The notes below the pieces were generated by a model. That model made no database searches. It worked only from the letters and a program-made list of their open reading frames with translations, and had not been told where the DNA came from. Position numbers and translations under genes: made by a program. Shown here one piece after another: positions 59,711 to 64,000 of a stretch of 64,000 nucleotides of DNA (position 1 is its first letter; every line of letters begins with the position of its first letter). Source of the DNA: an uncultured Nitrososphaerales archaeon (lineage in GTDB: Archaea > Thermoproteota > Nitrososphaeria > Nitrososphaerales > Gagatemarchaeaceae); the NCBI GenBank assembly GCA_963706445.1, contig OY970160.1, forward strand, positions 1,632,001-1,696,000, given 5' to 3'.

Positions 59711-61192
59711 CTACGCTGCTACGGAGGCAACTTTGGTTTCGCCAGACTGGATTTCGGTGTAACTCTTGCGCCGCCTGGCTTGTTCCCTGAGGACCAGGAT
59801 AAGGAACGGCACCCCGAGAAGCCCCACTATTCCGAGTGCTACCATAGCATTCACCAGACCTTGGTCGAAGAGAAGTGCCGAGGCCGTCGAGAGCCCGGTT
59901 ACCGCACCTGAGTGTATCTGGGCTGACAGGGCTGCAGGGAGGGAGGCCGTGGAGACCGAAACCACGAGGGCAACGCTCGTCGCGAAGCCGACGTAGATCA
60001 ATGTGAAGGCCGTGCCGTTGGCGACCCCACGCATCTCCGGCCTGGCGAACTCTATTGCAGATGAGATGGATGGGGCCCACACGAACCCACCTCCTACTCC
60101 GATAAGGCCGAGCAGGACGGTGATGGTCGTCCCCGGGCTCTGTGTCTTGAGCGCGGAGCTGAGCAGGAAGACCGACCCGGCGACCAGAAGGCCGCCAAGG
60201 ATCGCCATTATCGCTGGGAGTCTGAACCTGTCGAACAGTTTGCCCGAAAGCGGGTTGAATATGCCGAGCATTGCGGGGAGAGGGGCGACCCATATTCCCG
60301 CGATCAGGGGAGTGAATCCGGCCACCGATTGGAAGTAGAACGACATTAGGAACACCACCCCGAAGAACGAGGTCATCATTATCCCCAGGCCCAATGCCGA
60401 GAAGACGAAGCCCCTGTTTCGCAGGAGCTCCCGGCTGAGTATGGGGTTCTTCGACTTCGATTCCACCAGCGCGAAGGCCAGTATCCCCAAGCCACCAAGA
60501 GCGGCAAGGCGCAAATCCAGGAGTGTCAGCCAGAGCATGACCAATCCGATTGCGATTCCCAGGACAATTGCGTTGGGCAAGTTCAGACGACTCGCGTTCG
60601 GGTTCCTGGCGTTTAGGTAGGCAGGGATCCTCGCTCGCCCTACCAGAATCGCCGCGGCCGCGACAGGGACGTTGACATAGAAGATCAGCCTCCAGTCAAT
60701 CGATGTCAGCACGCCTCCCAGGACGGGGCCGGCCACGGCACCCATGGCCCAGGCCACGGAGTTGATGCCTATGGCCGAGCCTCTTTCCTTCGGAGGGAAG
60801 GAAGCGAAGATCAGCGGTATACCAGTGGCCAGCATGACGGACGCCCCCGCTCCCTGGACGATCCTGAACGCAATCAGAGAGTAGACGCTTGGAGACAGCC
60901 CGCACAGGGCGGAAGACATGCCGAAGATAGCGAAGCCTAGGAGGTAGATCCTCTTCTTACCGTAGTTGTCGCCGAGTTTGCCGGCCTGGAGGACCAGAGC
61001 AGCCACCGCCAGGACGTACCCCGCCAGGACCCATCCCAAGAGCGAGTAACCAGCCGAGAGGTCCTTCGCAATGTTCGGGAGGGCTATGGTGACTATGTTC
61101 GAGTCGAGGGCAGACATGAACGCCCCGAGGGTGGTAACAGAAAGGATTGTCCACCTCGGGAGGGACCCCGATTGAACTTGGCGATGGGCCAA
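59711..61192 (-). CDS. MFS drug:H+ antiporter-2 (EmrB/QacA-like, 14 TM)
   Basis: LDSNIVTIALP, GKLGDNYGKKR, RIVQG.G, GPVLGG, WRLIFYVNVP. Confidence 0.92.
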   Translation of the reverse strand: MAHRQVQSGSLPRWTILSVTTLGAFMSALDSNIVTIALPNIAKDLSAGYSLLGWVLAGYVLAVAALVLQAGKLGDNYGKKRIYLLGFAIFGMSSALCGLSPSVYSLIAFRIVQGAGASVMLATGIPLIFASFPPKERGSAIGINSVAWAMGAVAGPVLGGVLTSIDWRLIFYVNVPVAAAAILVGRARIPAYLNARNPNASRLNLPNAIVLGIAIGLVMLWLTLLDLRLAALGGLGILAFALVESKSKNPILSRELLRNRGFVFSALGLGIMMTSFFGVVFLMSFYFQSVAGFTPLIAGIWVAPLPAMLGIFNPLSGKLFDRFRLPAIMAILGGLLVAGSVFLLSSALKTQSPGTTITVLLGLIGVGGGFVWAPSISSAIEFARPEMRGVANGTAFTLIYVGFATSVALVVSVSTASLPAALSAQIHSGAVTGLSTASALLFDQGLVNAMVALGIVGLLGVPFLILVLREQARRRKSYTEIQSGETKVASVAA

Positions 61193-61352
61193 TTTACACC
61201 CGGCTGAAGGGCCCGGATTTAGACTAAGCGCCCGATGGACTCCCCAATGCTATCGATCCATCGGATGTGCTGGCACACGGTTGCTGACGTCCCAAGCTAG
61301 TTGCTGACTTGGCGAAGTCTTTAGGTAGGCTACCCGAGACTGTCTATAACAG

Positions 61353-62615
61353 ATGGCGCGGACTGTGACCAAGGACAGGAAGGCTGAGCTGGCGCTCAAT
61401 GGTGGATCGCCTGTCAGGAAGGAACCTCTCCCGGTGATGCACCCCGGTGGGACGGCCATCGGAGAGGAGGAGATCAGGGCCGTCGAGGCGGTGCTGAGGA
61501 GCCAGTCCCTCTACAGATTCTACGGTCCAGATTTCAAAGATGTGACAGGGGCTTTCGAAACCGAGCTGGCGCGATATGAAGCGAGGAAGTACGCCCTAGG
61601 CCTGACGTCTGGGACAGCCGCCCTGCACACGGCGCTGGTCGCGCTGGGTGTGGGTAGCGGGGACGAAGTTATTCTCCCCACATATGCATGGGTGGCCTGC
61701 CCGGACGCAGTTGTCGCTGCGGGAGGAACTCCGGTGCTGGCAGACATCGACGATTCGATGACAATCGACCCCCACGACGTGGAGCGGAGGATCACCAAGA
61801 AGACGAAGGCAATCATGGCCGTCCATGCCCGCGGGGTTCCCTGCGACCTGAATTCCCTGAGGAAGATCGCCGAGGAGCATTCGATCCCTCTGGTCGAGGA
61901 CGTAGCCCAGGGAGCCGGTGCGACATACAGGGGGAAGAAGCTCGGAAGCTATGGGGAAATCGGGACATTTAGCTTTCAGCTCAACAAGATGATCACGGCC
62001 GGAGAGGGAGGAGCCCTGGTGGTGGACGACAGGACCGTCTATGAGAAATGTGTGATGTTCCATGACATAGGGACCCCTTACAGGCAGTTCTCAGGCCAGG
62101 GGGTCAAGTTCGAGATAGAGCCGTTCCCCGGGGTCAATTATAGGATGAACGAGATCACGGCTGCGATACTCAGAGAGCAGCTGAAAAAGATGGACGGGGT
62201 AGTCAGTAGGATCAGGGAACGAAATGCCCGGGTGAAGGAAGGTATCTCGGGGATTAGAGGCATCAGGTTCAGGAGGTCCAACGACGAGCAGGGGGAGTCG
62301 GGGATCTCCCTCGTGTTCTTCGTCGGGAGCGCAGAGAAGGCGAGGTTATTCAAAGACGCGTTGGTGGCTGAGAACATCAGGACGGTCAGCGGGGGCTATC
62401 CGACAGTGGTCTACGACCCAAGGGTCATCGATGGCCACACGTTCATGCACTGGGGGCACATAATCAAGGACATGAAGAGGAACATCAGGGAACACTCCCA
62501 GTCACTGGGCCTGATGACTAGGGCGGTCCACCTTGACATCAGCCCGCTCCTGGCAGACTCCGACGTACAGGATGTGGTCGCCGCCGTGAAGAAAGTCTCC
62601 GACGCTGTGCTGTGA
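61353..62615 (+). CDS. DegT/DnrJ/EryC1/StrS family PLP aminotransferase (sugar/inosose type)
   Basis: SGTAALH, EDVAQ, FSFQLNK.ITAGEGG, G.NYRM.E. Confidence 0.93.
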   Translation: MARTVTKDRKAELALNGGSPVRKEPLPVMHPGGTAIGEEEIRAVEAVLRSQSLYRFYGPDFKDVTGAFETELARYEARKYALGLTSGTAALHTALVALGVGSGDEVILPTYAWVACPDAVVAAGGTPVLADIDDSMTIDPHDVERRITKKTKAIMAVHARGVPCDLNSLRKIAEEHSIPLVEDVAQGAGATYRGKKLGSYGEIGTFSFQLNKMITAGEGGALVVDDRTVYEKCVMFHDIGTPYRQFSGQGVKFEIEPFPGVNYRMNEITAAILREQLKKMDGVVSRIRERNARVKEGISGIRGIRFRRSNDEQGESGISLVFFVGSAEKARLFKDALVAENIRTVSGGYPTVVYDPRVIDGHTFMHWGHIIKDMKRNIREHSQSLGLMTRAVHLDISPLLADSDVQDVVAAVKKVSDAVL

Positions 62616-62664
62616 CCGAGGGCCTTCGGAACTTTTAAGCCCCAACAAAACGGCTCTGGATTCA

Positions 62665-63675
62665 ATGGCTTCTGAAGTCGGGCTGGGTTTGATAGGGGCC
62701 GGGGCGATAGGGCGTGTCCACGCCAAGAACATCCACACGAACATCAAGGGGGCGACCCTTACCGCGGTCGCAGACGTGGACCAGAACGCCGCAAAGTCCG
62801 TGGCCGGAGATGCGAAGGTCTATTCCGACTTCCACGAGATGATCAAAGACGACTCGGTCGACGGTGTCATAGTCTGCACGCCACCCTTCCTTAAGATGGA
62901 GATCACCAAGGCTGCGGCAGAAGCTGGGAAAGCCGTCTTCTGCGAGAAACCCATCTCGGTGACACTCGACGAGGCGAACAAGATGCTGGCCGTCGTCAAA
63001 TCTGGTGGCATCAAGTTCCAGGTAGGGTACCAGCGAAGGTTCGACACCTCGTATCTCAGGGCGAGGCACGCCATGGAAAGCGGAGAGCTGGGGAAACTCC
63101 TCCTGCTCAAAGAGCATAACCGCGACCCGCCTGGGCCCATATTGGGTTGGTCGACTGTGCCGGCGAAGAGCGGGGGGATCTTCCTCGACACGACGAGCCA
63201 CGACTTCGACGCGGTGAGGTGGCTCTCCGGGAGCGAGGTGGAAAGGGTGTACGCAGAGGGAGCAGCCCTCGTCTACGACGACCTCCGGAAGAACGGGGAC
63301 TTCGACACCACGACAGTGGTGATGAAGCTTGCCAACGGAGCCCTCGCCTACGTCGATTCGTGCTACAACACTGCGTATGGTTTCGACGCCAGGTTGGAGA
63401 TGCTCGGAACCAAGGCAGCCGTCTCCGTCGACCTGGGAGAGAAGTCGTTCGCCCATGTCATGAAGATGGAGGGGACGAGCAATGAGTATTTCGACGGCTT
63501 CGCGACCCGGTGGGCCCAGGCATACAGAGACGAAATCGTGGACTTCGCGGACTGCGTCCGGACGGGGAGAGACGTCAGGGTCGACATCTCGGACGGAAGA
63601 GAGGCGCTGAAGATCGGGCTAGCAGCGAGGGCGTCAATTGCCGAAGGGAAGCCGGTCCCGGTCAGCAGAGACTGA
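62665..63675 (+). CDS. iolG: myo-inositol 2-dehydrogenase-like Gfo/Idh/MocA oxidoreductase
   Basis: IGAGAIG..HA, CEKP, GYQRRFD, RDP, SGGIF.D...HDFD, YGFD.R.E..G. Confidence 0.85.
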   Translation: MASEVGLGLIGAGAIGRVHAKNIHTNIKGATLTAVADVDQNAAKSVAGDAKVYSDFHEMIKDDSVDGVIVCTPPFLKMEITKAAAEAGKAVFCEKPISVTLDEANKMLAVVKSGGIKFQVGYQRRFDTSYLRARHAMESGELGKLLLLKEHNRDPPGPILGWSTVPAKSGGIFLDTTSHDFDAVRWLSGSEVERVYAEGAALVYDDLRKNGDFDTTTVVMKLANGALAYVDSCYNTAYGFDARLEMLGTKAAVSVDLGEKSFAHVMKMEGTSNEYFDGFATRWAQAYRDEIVDFADCVRTGRDVRVDISDGREALKIGLAARASIAEGKPVPVSRD

Positions 63676-63677
63676 AC

Positions 63678-64000
63678 CTACATCAAAGGCGTCAGGTAGT
63701 CGAAGTTCTTCTTGACTGACTCTTCGACAGTTATCCTGTGAGCGAAGTCTACCTCGACCATCAGCCAGCCGTCGTAGCGGACCTTCTTGAGGGCGCCCAT
63801 TATGGCCGGGAAGTCGCACAGCCCTTCGCCCAGGTCGACGAAGTCGTTGTCATAGTCGATGTCCTTGGGGTCCTTCCTGACCCGGAGATCCTTGAGGTGG
63901 ACAAGGCAGAGCCTGTCCTTGTACCGCTCGATGAATCCGGGGAGGTCCATGCTCAGGGCCTCCTGGTGGGCGGAGTCGAAGCAGACGTCCAGAATCGCGG
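63678..64000 (-). CDS. Xylose-isomerase-like TIM barrel protein, inosose dehydratase IolE-like (5' end outside window)
   Basis: CFDSAH, VHLKD, FVDLGEG..DF, YDGWLMVE.D. Confidence 0.8.
   Translation of the reverse strand, partial: AILDVCFDSAHQEALSMDLPGFIERYKDRLCLVHLKDLRVRKDPKDIDYDNDFVDLGEGLCDFPAIMGALKKVRYDGWLMVEVDFAHRITVEESVKKNFDYLTPLM

Overview
64 kb of gene-dense archaeal chromosome. The archaeal call rests on TATA-like TTAA/TTTA boxes about 25-33 nt upstream of mostly leaderless ATG/TTG/GTG starts, TrmB and GYD proteins, and solute-binding proteins anchored by a TM helix plus a Ser/Thr linker. The style suggests a heterotrophic Nitrososphaerota-like organism; this is inference and unverified. 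Content is almost entirely nutrient uptake and catabolism. (i) Peptide SBP, ALDH, and a divergent TrmB/orphan ParB pair sharing a palindromic operator. (ii) A molybdo-hydroxylase (XDH family) and adenine deaminase run that ends in SCP2, an uncharacterised nucleotidyltransferase, an APC permease and a metallophosphoesterase. (iii) An NCS1 permease with a TPP-riboswitch-like leader. (iv) A ~35 kb amino-acid/organic-acid catabolic block: SucCD-like ligase plus ferredoxin, KorDABC, DRE-TIM synthase, citrate synthase, two MLE-type enolases, two OCD-family proteins, an AOTCase-like transcarbamylase, P5CDH, a DHDPS-like protein, FAH, a Liv ABC transporter and M20 hydrolases. (v) An aminotransferase/IolG/IolE aminocyclitol cluster. 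The most striking non-coding signal is a 28-bp imperfect palindrome with 11-6-11 architecture, ATTTGAACCCA-CATATG-TGGACTCACAT. It occurs three times in direct orientation (22364, 24055, 59524), is related to a tRNA T-arm/3' end, and brackets the permease module and the 35-kb block like recombination-site-bounded cassettes, although no integrase lies in the window. Roughly 18-20 single-base frameshifts between 14.4 and 45 kb are most likely read or assembly errors. No rRNA, complete tRNA, CRISPR array or transposase was seen.
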